Positions 10,915 through 20,660 of a stretch of DNA of 32,000 nucleotides are shown piece after piece (positions within the stretch are counted from its first letter, which is position 1; each line of letters begins with the position of its first letter). Source of the stretch: an uncultured Candidatus Rokubacteria bacterium. Its GTDB lineage: Bacteria; Methylomirabilota; Methylomirabilia; Rokubacteriales; CSP1-6. Where the stretch lies: positions 757 through 32,756 of the forward strand of contig CAWKCA010000047.1 of the NCBI GenBank assembly GCA_963848005.1. Direction: 5' to 3'. The translations under genes were made by a program, and so were the position numbers. The notes beneath the pieces were generated by a model that was not told the origin of the DNA, did no database searches, and saw only the letters and a program-made list of their open reading frames with translations.

Positions 10915-11382
10915 GCTGTGCGATCCAGCCTAGCCGCTCGCCTCCGGAGCGTCAACGTTGCGAATCGACTCACGACCTCGGTACCCGAAGCAAGGTCGTC
11001 GATCAGGGGTCACGGACACGATGTCTCGGCGGGAGAAGCCGGTGACCCTCAGACGGACGCGAGGTCGGAGCGTCGCGCTCGGCATCCCTCGCGAGGCGGC
11101 TCAGCGACCCCGGTAAACCGCGCGGTGACCGATGGTCACGCCATCGCCCACGATGCACGGGAATTCCAGGCGTGACGTGGAGGATCGCGCCGTCCTGGAC
11201 GTACGAACGGCTGCACGATCTGTGTGACGAGCTCGATCGCGAGGCAGGGCAGGGCCGCTAGAACCCCCGCCGAGGGGCTCGCCCCGACCACTGATTTCTG
11301 ATACACGTGGACTGTTGCGCAATGCGGCAGAACGGCGGGCCGTAGCCCGCTCGGCGGGGAGGGCGAGATCGCACAGGCGGCA

Positions 11383-12036
11383 GTGTTGTTCGACTTCGGC
11401 GGCACCTTGGACGCCGACGGAGTCACCTGGAAGGAGCGATTCTACCGGCTTTTTCTGGCGCGTGGCGTAGAGGTCTCCCGCGAGCGATTCGACTCCGTCT
11501 TTTACGCAGCGGACGACGCCCTGGTCGGCTCGATCCCGCCGTCACTCCCCTTCCGCGAGACCGTGTGTTCAGTGGCGACCGGCGTTGCGCACGGGCTCGG
11601 AATCGCCGCCGCCGACCTGGCCGGCGATGTCGCCGAGGCCTTTATCGACGAGGCCTTGGCGGTGGCGCGCCGCAACGTGCCGATCCTGGAGCGCCTGGCG
11701 AGACGCTACCGGCTGGGGATCGTGTCCAACTTCTACGGGAACCTCTCGGCGGTATGCGATGATGTCGGGGTTCGCCCGTTCTTCGGGGTCATCGTCGACT
11801 CCGTGTGGGCGGGATGCGCCAAGCCCGATCCGCTCATCTTTCGACGGGCGGTCGACGGCCTGCGGGTGGCGCCCGCGGAGGCGACGTTCGTCGGAGATTC
11901 CCTGTCGCGCGACATGGCCGGTGCCCGCGCTGTCGGGATGCCGCACATCTGGCTGGCGGGCGAGGCTGGCGGAGCGCCTTGCTGCGCCGGGGACCGCGTG
12001 ATCCGCACACTGGGAGACCTGGAGGGCGTGCTGTGA
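11383..12036 (+). CDS. HAD family hydrolase (probable small-molecule phosphatase)
   Basis: Motif I variant FDFGGTLDAD; IVSNFYGN; CAKPDPLIF; FVGDSLSRDMAGARAVG. Confidence 0.9.
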   Translation: MLFDFGGTLDADGVTWKERFYRLFLARGVEVSRERFDSVFYAADDALVGSIPPSLPFRETVCSVATGVAHGLGIAAADLAGDVAEAFIDEALAVARRNVPILERLARRYRLGIVSNFYGNLSAVCDDVGVRPFFGVIVDSVWAGCAKPDPLIFRRAVDGLRVAPAEATFVGDSLSRDMAGARAVGMPHIWLAGEAGGAPCCAGDRVIRTLGDLEGVL

Positions 12037-12743
12037 CGTTGGAGCGGCCGCTGACGGGCGGCATCATCGCCGCGGGCGATGGTCGCCGCCTTCGCGACGA
12101 CGGCTGGACGATGCCCAAGCCGCTGGTGCCGGTGGCCGGGATGCCGCTCCTCGGGGTCGTCGTCGGGAACTTCCTGGCCGCCGGGATCACGTCCGTCACG
12201 ATCATCGTCAACGAGCGCGAGGGCGAGTGTGTCGAGTGGGGGCGGGCACGCTTCCCAGGCGTCGATCTTCGCTTCATCGTGCAGACCACGGCGTCATCGC
12301 TGGAGAGCTTCGCCAAGGTCGCTGCCGCCGACCTCCCGGGCTCGATGCTGATCTCCACCGTCGATGCCTGGTGCCGGCCCGGCGATTTCGCGCGTTTCGT
12401 GGCGTCGGCGCGACGGCGGCCGCCCGCGGCGATGGTCCTGGCAATCACCCCGCTCGTGGCCGACGAGAAGCCCTTGTGGGTCACCGTGGGCGCAGGCGGG
12501 CGCGTGGTGAGGCTGGGCGGACCATCGGGCGACGCGGTCACCGCGGGCCTCTATCTGATCCCGGAGTCGCTGCGCCGTCGGCGCCCTCCCGAGGGGTTGG
12601 GTCGCCTGCGCGAGTACCTCGCGTGGCTCGTGGACCAGGGTGAGCCGGTGTACGCGGAAACCATCGAAACGGTGGTCGACGTCGACCGGTCGAGCGACGT
12701 GGTGCTCGCCGAGTCGCTGGCCCACGTGGCGCGGAGCGCATGA
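12033..12743 (+). CDS. Nucleotidyltransferase family protein (sugar-phosphate/MobA-like NTP transferase)
   Basis: TGGIIAAGDGRRLRDDGWTMPKPLVPVAGMPLLGVVVGNFLAAGITSVTIIVNE...; GTG start overlaps the HAD stop by 4 nt. Confidence 0.88.
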   Translation: MTLERPLTGGIIAAGDGRRLRDDGWTMPKPLVPVAGMPLLGVVVGNFLAAGITSVTIIVNEREGECVEWGRARFPGVDLRFIVQTTASSLESFAKVAAADLPGSMLISTVDAWCRPGDFARFVASARRRPPAAMVLAITPLVADEKPLWVTVGAGGRVVRLGGPSGDAVTAGLYLIPESLRRRRPPEGLGRLREYLAWLVDQGEPVYAETIETVVDVDRSSDVVLAESLAHVARSA

Positions 12744-12762
12744 TCGTGTCGGAGGTGTCATA

Positions 12763-13600
12763 GTGAACGAGTCTCGATTCTGGGGGGTGTTTCGCGAGCG
12801 GGCGCACTCGCCCGGACGCGAGTGTGATGACGCGGAGATTCTGGGGCTCACCGGCAAGGAGCTCGAGGCCAAGGGCTTCGAGGTCGCCCTCAAGAGCCCG
12901 GATGAGCTGGCCAGCCCTCTCGAGCATCACCCGGACGGCGTGTTTCTCATGTGCGAGCGGGTCGGGGCCCTCGACCTGCTCACGGCCTGGGAGGCCCGCG
13001 GCATCCCGCACGTCAACAGCCCACGCGCCGTGCTCAACACCTATCGCAACCGCATGGTCGAGCAGTTCCGCGAGGCGAACGTGCCCTTCATCGAGAGCCG
13101 CCTGGTGAGCACGGAGATCGTGCCGAGCGCGGTGACGACGCCGGTGTGGGTGAAGCGGGCGGACGTGCACAACACGCAGGACGGGGACGTCGTCTTCGCC
13201 GACTCGCCGCGCGGGGTGGCCAGTGCGCTGGCGGCGCTGGGCGCGCGGGGCATCACGCGCGCCGTCATCCAGCCGCACGTCGACGGCGACCTCGTGAAGT
13301 TCTATGGCATCGGCCGCGCCGCGCGGCGCGCCGAGCCCGGATGGTTCCGCTGGTTCTATCACAAGGATCAGACCGTGGCCGGGACATCCTCTCGACCCCG
13401 ACCGGCTGGCCGCCCTCGCCCACGCCGCGGCCGCGGCGCTCGGGCTCGAAGTCTACGGGGGCGACGCCATCGCCACACCGGGCGGCGGTCTCACCTTGCT
13501 CGACCTCAATGCGTGGCCGAGCTTCGCCCTCTACCGCGACGAAGCCGCGCCAGCCATCGCCTCGTATTTGATGCTCCGCTTCGCGCGGGGGCGCTCGTGA
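12763..13600 (+). CDS. ATP-grasp domain protein (RimK-like), apparent +1 nt insertion near 13385
   Basis: TYRNRMVEQFREANVPFIESRLVSTE...VWVKRADVHNTQDGDVVF...AVIQPHVDGDLVKFYGIG...FYHKDQTVAG, then after the frame change HPLDPDRLAALAHAAAAALGLEVYGGDAIATPGGGLTLLDLNAWPSFA. Confidence 0.82.
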
Positions 13601-14925
13601 GCGATCGGCGCGAGGTCGGGCCGCGCTCGAAGGCGATCGTCGCGCGCGAGCAGCGCGTCCTCGCCCCCGGCTCGCAGGGCTTCTCGCAGTACGCGGGACT
13701 GGCCATGGCGCGCGGCGAGGGCTGCACCCTCTTTGACGAGGACGGCAACCGCTACATCGACTTCATCGCGGGCGTCGCGGTGGGCAGCATCGGACACTGC
13801 CACCCTCATTACGTCGAGGCGCTCAAGCGCCAGGTGGAGCGGCTCACCTTCGGCAGCTTCACCACGGAAACGCGCACGAAGTTCCTGGAGCTCCTGGCCA
13901 CGGTCACCCCCGAGGGGCTCACGCGCATCCAGATGTTCTCGGGCGGCGCCGAGTCCGTCGAGGCGGCGCTGCGCCTGGCCAAGGCGGCCACGGGGCGGCA
14001 CGAGGTCATCGGCTTCTGGGGCGGATTCCACGGCAAGACGAGCGGGGTGCTGCCTCTGCTCGGAAGCGACTTCAAGCACCGGCTCGGGCCGTTCCTGCCG
14101 GGGAACCATCTGACGCCGTACGCAGACTGCTATCGCTGTCCGCTCCGCCTCCGCTACCCGGACTGTGGAATTGCCTGCGCCGACTACGTCCGCGATGTCA
14201 TCCGACACCAGACGTCGGGCGAGATCGCCGCCATCATCGTCGAGCCGGTCCAGGGCACGGCCGGCAACATCGTGCCGCCGGAGGGCTTCCTGCGCGCCGT
14301 GCAGACCATCGCCCACGAACACGGCGCCCTCCTCATTGCGGACGAGATGATCACCGGCTTCGGACGGACTGGCCTCATGTGGGGCTCGGCGCACGACGGC
14401 GTGGTCCCCGACATCATGACCGTCGGCAAGGGCGTCGGCGGGGGATTTCCCTTGAGTGGGGTGATCTCCACCGACGCGATCACGGCCGCCAAGCCCTGGT
14501 CGAACCCCAGCCACAGCTCGTCGAGCTACGGCGGCAACCCCCTGGCGTCGGCGGCCGGGCTCGCGGCCCTGGAGATCATCCTCAAGGAGGATCTCGTCAA
14601 GAACGCCGAGCGGGTGGGACGCGCGATGCTGGCGCGCCTCGAGCAGATGAAGGAGAAGTACGCCTGTGTGGGCGAGGTCCGCGGCAAGGGGCTCCTGCTC
14701 GGCATGGAGCTGGTGCGGGATCGCAAGACCAAGGAGCCGGTGCCCAAGGCGGTGACCCAGGCGCTGTACCAGGCGTGCCTGCGGCGCGGCCTGGCCGCCA
14801 TGTCGTACACCACGCCGATCCGCATCAATCCTCCCCTCATCATCACGGAGGAGACCGCCCTCGAGGGTCTCGCCATCCTCGACGAGGCCCTGGACGTCGT
14901 CCTCCGGGACCACGGACTGCAGTAG
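13597..14925 (+). CDS. Class III (PLP-dependent) aminotransferase
   Basis: GCTLFDEDGNRYIDFIAGVAVGSIGHCHP; MFSGGAESVEAALRLAKAATGR; IAAIIVEPVQGTAGNIVPP; LLIADEMITGFGRTG; PDIMTVGKGVGGGFPLSG (PLP lysine). GTG start overlaps the preceding stop. Confidence 0.96.
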   Translation: MSDRREVGPRSKAIVAREQRVLAPGSQGFSQYAGLAMARGEGCTLFDEDGNRYIDFIAGVAVGSIGHCHPHYVEALKRQVERLTFGSFTTETRTKFLELLATVTPEGLTRIQMFSGGAESVEAALRLAKAATGRHEVIGFWGGFHGKTSGVLPLLGSDFKHRLGPFLPGNHLTPYADCYRCPLRLRYPDCGIACADYVRDVIRHQTSGEIAAIIVEPVQGTAGNIVPPEGFLRAVQTIAHEHGALLIADEMITGFGRTGLMWGSAHDGVVPDIMTVGKGVGGGFPLSGVISTDAITAAKPWSNPSHSSSSYGGNPLASAAGLAALEIILKEDLVKNAERVGRAMLARLEQMKEKYACVGEVRGKGLLLGMELVRDRKTKEPVPKAVTQALYQACLRRGLAAMSYTTPIRINPPLIITEETALEGLAILDEALDVVLRDHGLQ

Positions 14926-14927
14926 CA

Positions 14928-15953
14928 ATGCGGCGCGGCGGCCTGATCGGCTTCGGGAACGTCGCCGTGCGCGGCCACCTGCCCGGCTGGCAGCGCAGGA
15001 GAGACGTGGAGCTGGTAGCCGTGGCGGAGGTTCAGGCGCGCCACCGCGAGGACGCCGCCACGCATCTGCCCCGAGCGTCCCGGCACGATTCGGCCGAAGC
15101 CCTCCTCGCCCATGCGGCGCTCGACTTCGTGGACATCTGCACGCCGCCCTCCACTCACGCGGGGCTCATCGAGGCCGCGCTGCAGCGTTGCGTCCACGTG
15201 CTGTGTGAGAAGCCTCTCGTGGGGGGCCTCGCCGACCTCCGGCGACTCGCCGACCTCGCCGCGGCCCGGCGTCTCGCCCTCCAGACCGTGCACAACTGGC
15301 ATCACGCGCCCATCGTGCGCCGGACACACGAACTGATCGCCGATGGAGCGGTGGGGGCGATCACCGGCGTCGCCTGGCACACCTTGCGCACGCGCCCCGC
15401 CGCCGCGGCGAGTGACGAGGGGAACTGGCGTGTCAATCCGGCCGTCGCCGGGGGTGGGGTCCTCACCGATCACGGCTGGCACGTGTCGTACATCGTGCAG
15501 CGATGGATCGGACAGGCGCCACTCGCGGTCAGCGCCTGCCTGGAAACGCGCCGCCACCATGCGTTCGCGGTGGAGGACACCGCGAGCGTCCAGGTGACGT
15601 TTCCGGCGGCCAAGGCCGACATTTTCCTGACCTGGGCCGCCGACACAAGGCGCAACTGGGCGGAGGTCAGCGGTACCGCGGGCGTGCTCCAGCTCCACGA
15701 CGACACCATCGTCTGGCAGTCGCGCCGCACCGGCGAGGAGCAGCACTGGGTGTGCCCGCCGCCCCTGTCGGACGGCTCGCAGCATCCCGACTGGTTCGAT
15801 GCCGTGGCCGCCGAGTTCGTGGGAGGCATGGAAGCGCCGCCCGCGTCGCCGACGAACCTGGCCGAAGCGTGGTGGTGCGCCGCGCTGGAGGCCGCCGCGC
15901 GCGCCTCCAGCCGCGAGGGCGGGCGCGTGACCCCGGTGGAGCCCTGGGCGTGA
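14928..15953 (+). CDS. Gfo/Idh/MocA family oxidoreductase
   Basis: GLIGFGNVAVRGHLPGWQRR (Rossmann), DFVDICTPPSTHAGLIEAALQRCVHVLCEKPLVGGLADL, and DHGWHVSYIVQRW. Confidence 0.93.
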   Translation: MRRGGLIGFGNVAVRGHLPGWQRRRDVELVAVAEVQARHREDAATHLPRASRHDSAEALLAHAALDFVDICTPPSTHAGLIEAALQRCVHVLCEKPLVGGLADLRRLADLAAARRLALQTVHNWHHAPIVRRTHELIADGAVGAITGVAWHTLRTRPAAAASDEGNWRVNPAVAGGGVLTDHGWHVSYIVQRWIGQAPLAVSACLETRRHHAFAVEDTASVQVTFPAAKADIFLTWAADTRRNWAEVSGTAGVLQLHDDTIVWQSRRTGEEQHWVCPPPLSDGSQHPDWFDAVAAEFVGGMEAPPASPTNLAEAWWCAALEAAARASSREGGRVTPVEPWA

Positions 15954-15992
15954 CGACGACCTCGCGCAGCCCCCGTCACCAGCGCGCCGAGC

Positions 15993-17087
15993 GTGCTGGT
16001 CGTGCTCCCGCCGGGGGCGGCTGCCGGCGAGCCCGTGTCCGGCGACACCGTGATGCTGGGGGTGCCGCTGCACCGGCGCATCGCCGTGGCCGCGGAGCGT
16101 GCCGGATTTGGACGGGCGGTGGCCGCCGCCGAGCTGAACGGCTCCGCCCCGGCGCGCAGCCGCATCGTGCTGCTGCCCGGCAACGTCGTGCCACAAGCCG
16201 CGTGGCTCCGCGAGCTGCGCGAGATGCCGGTCGAGCCGGACACGATCTACCTGGATCCCTCGGGCACCGCGGTCGTGGAGACGGACGAGGCCCGGCGTAT
16301 CTTGAAGTCCGCGGCCCAGGGAGCGCCGGCCGACGAGCTGGTGGCGGAGCTCCGGGGAACGTTCGCGGTGATCGAGCGCGCGGTGAGCCCCACCGACCGC
16401 TTTGCCATCCGCACGCGAGCCGAGGTGGCAGCGGCCGAGGCGTGGCTGCTGCGCAGCCTCATCAAGGCCAACGAAGGCTTCATGTCGCGTCACGTGGAGC
16501 GACGCATCTCGCTCGCCATCACGCGCCGGCTGGTGCGAACACGAGTCACCCCCAACATGATCACCCTGGTGAGCGTGGGCATCGGGCTCCTCGGCGCGCC
16601 CTTCTTCCTGTCCGTGGAGCCTCTGATGCAGGTCACCGGCGCCCTGCTCTTCCTCGCCCACTCGATCCTCGACGGGTGCGACGGCGAGATCGCCCGGTTG
16701 AAGTTTCTCGAGTCGCGCGATGGCGCCGTCCTCGACTTCTGGGGCGACAACCTCGTGCACCAGAGCATCTTCACCTGCATGGCCATCGGCTGGAGCCTGG
16801 CCAGCCACGCGTCGTGGCCCCTCCTGCTCGGCGTGCTGGCCGTGGCGGGGACCCTGGGCGCCGCGGCCATTGCCGCGCGGCGCTTCATCAATGGCGAGGC
16901 ACTCGTCGGCGCCGATCGCGCGCTGGCGCGCCTGGTCGACGCCTTCTCGCACCGCGACTTCATCTACCTGATCCTCGCCCTGGCCGTCTTCGGCCAGGCG
17001 CAGTGGTTCATCGCGCTGGCCGCCGCGGGAACGCCGCTGTTCCTGCTGCTCCTGCTCTGGGTACGCCGGAACCACCGGACGCGCTGA
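15993..17087 (+). CDS. CDP-alcohol phosphatidyltransferase family protein with degenerate NTP-transferase-like N-terminal region
   Basis: CDP-AP signature DGCDGEIARLKFLESRDGAVLDFWGDN (DGxxAR...GxxxDxxxD) plus hydrophobic helices; N-terminus has VMLGVPLHRRIAVAAERAGFGRAVAA without the GxGxR...KP motif. Confidence 0.92.
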   Translation: MLVVLPPGAAAGEPVSGDTVMLGVPLHRRIAVAAERAGFGRAVAAAELNGSAPARSRIVLLPGNVVPQAAWLRELREMPVEPDTIYLDPSGTAVVETDEARRILKSAAQGAPADELVAELRGTFAVIERAVSPTDRFAIRTRAEVAAAEAWLLRSLIKANEGFMSRHVERRISLAITRRLVRTRVTPNMITLVSVGIGLLGAPFFLSVEPLMQVTGALLFLAHSILDGCDGEIARLKFLESRDGAVLDFWGDNLVHQSIFTCMAIGWSLASHASWPLLLGVLAVAGTLGAAAIAARRFINGEALVGADRALARLVDAFSHRDFIYLILALAVFGQAQWFIALAAAGTPLFLLLLLWVRRNHRTR

Positions 17088-17090
17088 GCC

Positions 17091-18663
17091 GTGGCCGGCT
17101 TCGTCGACGTTCTCCTCCGGGGGCTCATCCTGTGCGCGATGGCCGTGACCCTGGGTGGCGCGGCCTTCGCGCTGATCGTGATCCGGCCCGCTGCGCGCGT
17201 GCGCCCGGAGCTGGCGCGAGTCCACACGCGGACGCTCACGCTCGTGGCCATCGGCGCCGCCGTGGTGGGGCTCGCCCAGCTCGGGGCGTTGCTCCTCCAG
17301 CTCAGCACGCTGGCCGACGGGGGTGCCTGGCCGGTGGCGGAGGTGAGCGAGACCCTCTACTTTCAGGTGAGTCTGGCTCGCATGGCCATCGCGCTCGGCG
17401 TGATCGTCGCGGCCGTGCTGCAGCGCCGCGCAGCCCGGCCGGACCGGATCGCTGGCGCTTCTCCCGGTCCTCGCGCTCACCCTGGGCTTGCTCGCGGCGG
17501 GCACCAGCCACGCCGCCGCCCGGGTCGAGGGGCGCATCCCGCTGTTCCTCATGGACGCCCTGCACCAGATGGCGGCCTTCGTGTGGATCGGCGGCCTCTT
17601 CCACCTGATCGTCAGCGCGCTCTCGCCGCGGGTGACGGCGTGGCCGGGGCTCCTGCTGCCGCGCTTCTCCGCCCTCGCCTTCACCGCGGTCGCCGCCCTC
17701 GTGGTGAGCGGCGCCGGTCTCAGCCTGACCTACATCGACGGGCTGACGGCCGTGACGGGGACGGCGTACGGCCTGATGGTAGGCACCAAGGTTCTGCTCT
17801 TCGGCGGTCTCCTCGTGCTGGGGGCCATGAACTTCTTCGAGGTGCGCACGCTCCGCGGCGAGGCCAGCATTCCCACGGCGCGCCTGCGACGCTACGTGGA
17901 GGTCGAGTTCGGCCTCGGCGTGACGGTCCTGCTCGCCGCGGCCTCCCTCACCTCCTTGCCCCCGGCCGTCGACGTGGTCGCGGATCGCGCAACGTTCAGC
18001 GAGGTGGCGAAGGTGTTCACCCCGAAGGCCCCGCGCTTCTCGTCGCCGTCGATCGAGGAGCTGCCCGTGGAGGACCGCTTCGCCCCGCGCACGGATGCCG
18101 ACCGGGCGTGGTCGGAGTACAACCACCACACGTCGGGCCTGTTCGTGCTCACCATGGGCCTGCTCGCCATCGTGTCCCGGACGCGCTGGGGAGGATGGGC
18201 CCGGCACTGGCCCCTCATCTTTCTCGGCCTGGCCGCGTTTCTCTTCGTGCGCAGTGACCCGGGGTCCTGGCCGCAAGGCCCCATCGGCTTCTGGGAGAGC
18301 TTCAAGTATCCCGAGGTCCTGCAGCATCGGCTGGCCGTGCTCCTGGTCGTGATCTTCGCCATCTTCGAGTGGGGGGTGCGGACGGGACGCATCCGCTCGC
18401 CACGGGCCGCCCTGGTGTTTCCGCTCCTGTGCGTGGCCGGCGGCGCCCTGCTCCTCACCCACTCGCACGCCAGCTTCAACCTCAAGTGGGAGTTCCTCGT
18501 GGAGGTCACGCACGCGCCCCTGGGCGTCCTGGCCCTTCTCGTGGGATGGACGCGCTGGCTCGAGCTCCGCCTGCAGTCCCCCGAGAATCGCCTGCCCGGG
18601 CGTCTGTGGCCGGTGGCCTTCGCGATGATCGGAGTGCTGCTGATCTTCTATCGCGAAGTCTGA
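17091..18663 (+). CDS. CopD-like multi-pass membrane protein, one apparent frameshift near 17460
   Basis: Poly-TM; DALHQMAAFVWIGGLFHLIVSALS; GLSLTYIDGLTAVTGTAYGLMVGTKVLLFGGLLVLGAMNFFEV; two overlapping + ORFs join across the break. Confidence 0.8.
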
Positions 18664-18679
18664 GCGCGGACGGTCGTCG

Positions 18680-19690
18680 GTGCGCTATCTTCGCGGCGCC
18701 CTCTGCCTGGCCGGGGTGATCCTCCTCGGCGTCCTGATCGCCGAGAACGACCCGGCCGTCATCTTCGCGTCCATCCGGGACCTCTCCTGGCGCCTCGGCA
18801 TCATCGTCGTCTTTCCTGAGGTCATCGTCGTCCTCTGCGACACCGTCGGCTGGCGCTACGCTTTCGCGCGCGATCGCGTGGCCGTGGGTCGTCTCTTCTG
18901 GGTCCGCGCCGCCGGCGAAGCCTTCAACATGGTCACGCCCACGGCGAGCATGGGAGGCGAGGCCATCAAGATCTGGCTGTTGCGCGGACGCGCGCCGGTC
19001 CACGAGTCGCTCCCCGCCGTCATCGTCGCCAAGACCACCATCACGATCGGGCAGGGCGTGCTCCTCCTCGTCGGGGTGGTCCTCGCCGGACGCCTGGCCA
19101 GCGCCGACTCGCGGCTCCTCGTGGCCATGCAGTGGCTCCTCGTTCTCGAGGTGCTCGCGCTGGCCGCCTTCGTCCTCGTTCAGACGCGGGGGATGCTCGG
19201 CTGGGGAGGCCGCGTGCTGGGACGATTTGGATTCTCGCTCGGACGACACGCGGTGCTCGGCCGCGCCGACGACGGTCTCGCGCGCTTCTACCGCGACCAT
19301 CCCGCGCGCTTCGTGCTCTCGGTCGCCTTCCACTTCGTCGGCTGGCTGCTCGGTGCCGCCGAGACGTACCTGATCCTGTGGCTCCTCGGCGAGCCGGTGT
19401 CCTGGCTCACCGCCGTGGTGATCGAGGCGTTCGGCACCGGCATCCGCTTCGCGACGTTCTTCATCCCGGCCAGCCTTGGCACCTTCGAAGGGGGCAACGT
19501 CGCCATCTTCGTGGCCCTCGGCCTCAGCGCAACGCTCGGCGTCTCCTTCAGCCTGGTCCGGCGCATCCGCGAGTGCGCCTGGGTGGGGCTCGGGCTGCTC
19601 GCCTTCGCGGTGATGCGGCCACGTGACGTCGCCGCCGAGGCGGCGTCAGGTGACGGGACCGTGGTCGCGCCACGAGGCTCGCCGGGCTGA
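18680..19690 (+). CDS. Lysylphosphatidylglycerol synthase TM region / flippase-like (UPF0104, AglD-like) membrane protein
   Basis: Multi-TM protein with VRAAGEAFNMVTPTASMGGEAIKIWLL and GIRFATFFIPASLGTFEGGNVAIFVALGLSATLGVSFSLVRRIRE. Confidence 0.87.
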   Translation: MRYLRGALCLAGVILLGVLIAENDPAVIFASIRDLSWRLGIIVVFPEVIVVLCDTVGWRYAFARDRVAVGRLFWVRAAGEAFNMVTPTASMGGEAIKIWLLRGRAPVHESLPAVIVAKTTITIGQGVLLLVGVVLAGRLASADSRLLVAMQWLLVLEVLALAAFVLVQTRGMLGWGGRVLGRFGFSLGRHAVLGRADDGLARFYRDHPARFVLSVAFHFVGWLLGAAETYLILWLLGEPVSWLTAVVIEAFGTGIRFATFFIPASLGTFEGGNVAIFVALGLSATLGVSFSLVRRIRECAWVGLGLLAFAVMRPRDVAAEAASGDGTVVAPRGSPG

Positions 19691-19717
19691 GGACAGCGTC
19701 GCGCGGACAGGCAGGCT

Positions 19718-20505
19718 CTAGGCGGCGCGCGATCGCGTGAAGACGAAGACGTCGATGGGGTCGGCCACGCGGCTGCCCGCGATCCTCGCGCGCGCAATGG
19801 CGGCGAAACTCGGCCACGCCCTGGGCGAACTCCTCGTCGGGAACGAGCTGCAGGGTCGAGATGGTCCGGGAGGCGATGCGGTCGGCGTAGGCCCCGAGGC
19901 TGCGGGCCACCGGATTCATGACCGTTCGGCGGCGGAGCAAGGTCAGCCCCGCCTCCCGGGCTGCCTGGGTCACCCCGGGGCGATCGGGTAGGCGCGCGAG
20001 GTCGACCGCCCTCGCCGAGGGAAAGAATGGCAGCCAGATGTATGAATCGAGCAGCTCGACGGTGGAATTGACGAGCACGAGCACGGCCATCGCCGGCCAG
20101 CACCCGCGCGCATTCGCGCAGGACGGCGAGGCGATCCGGCAGATGGTGGTAGACGAGGAAGAGGAACACGAGCTCGGCGCTCGCGTTGCGCAGCGGCAGC
20201 GCCTCGGCCGTGGCGCGCACCCACGGAATTCCGCGCAGCGCCGGGTTGGCCGCGGCGACCGCGAGCATCCGCTCCGAGCGGTCCACGCCCACCACCTGCG
20301 CCGCGAAGACGTCGCGCAGCAGGCCTGAGAAGCGCCCCACCCCGCACCCCAGATCGACCACCCGCCGCACCGCGACCGTCCCGAGCTCCGCCGGCAGGAG
20401 CGCCGTCCAAAGCGCGATCTGCTCTTGTGTGAGGGCGCGTCCGGCCGCATAGGTCCGGTGGAGATCCCCCTGGTCGTAGTCACAGCCTGACCCGGCCGCG
20501 TCCAT
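19718..20505 (-). CDS. Class I SAM-dependent methyltransferase, two apparent frameshifts
   Basis: RRVVDLGCGVGRFSGLLRDVFAAQVVGVDRSERMLAVAA; VRATAEALPLRNASAELVFLFLVYHHLPDRLAVLRECARVL; C-terminal parts recovered from other frames. Confidence 0.85.
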
Positions 20506-20660
20506 GCGCGCCGATGGTAGCAATACGCGGCGTGGCAGATCGACGGCGTCGCGTTCCGGAGGGAGCGGCGGCGTTGTCGGGAGCAGGCGGGCCGCCGGCG
20601 TTTGACGCTCCGACGGCGAGCGGCTACGCTCGCCCCACATCGCGAGCAAGGGAGCGAGAC

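Noticed and set aside
10920-11380. Possible small genes in the gap before the HAD gene
   Set aside because: All frames give low-complexity Arg/Ser/Pro-rich sequence with no recognisable motif.
12640-14925. Single 761 aa fusion of ATP-grasp and aminotransferase
   Set aside because: The fusion arises only because an extra base shifts the ATP-grasp gene into the downstream frame; correcting it gives two overlapping genes.
14526-17684. Very long antisense ORF (1052 aa) opposite the aminotransferase, Gfo/Idh and CDP-AP genes
   Set aside because: Low-complexity His/Arg/Asp-rich translation typical of antisense frames in high-GC DNA; the + strand genes have clear catalytic motifs.
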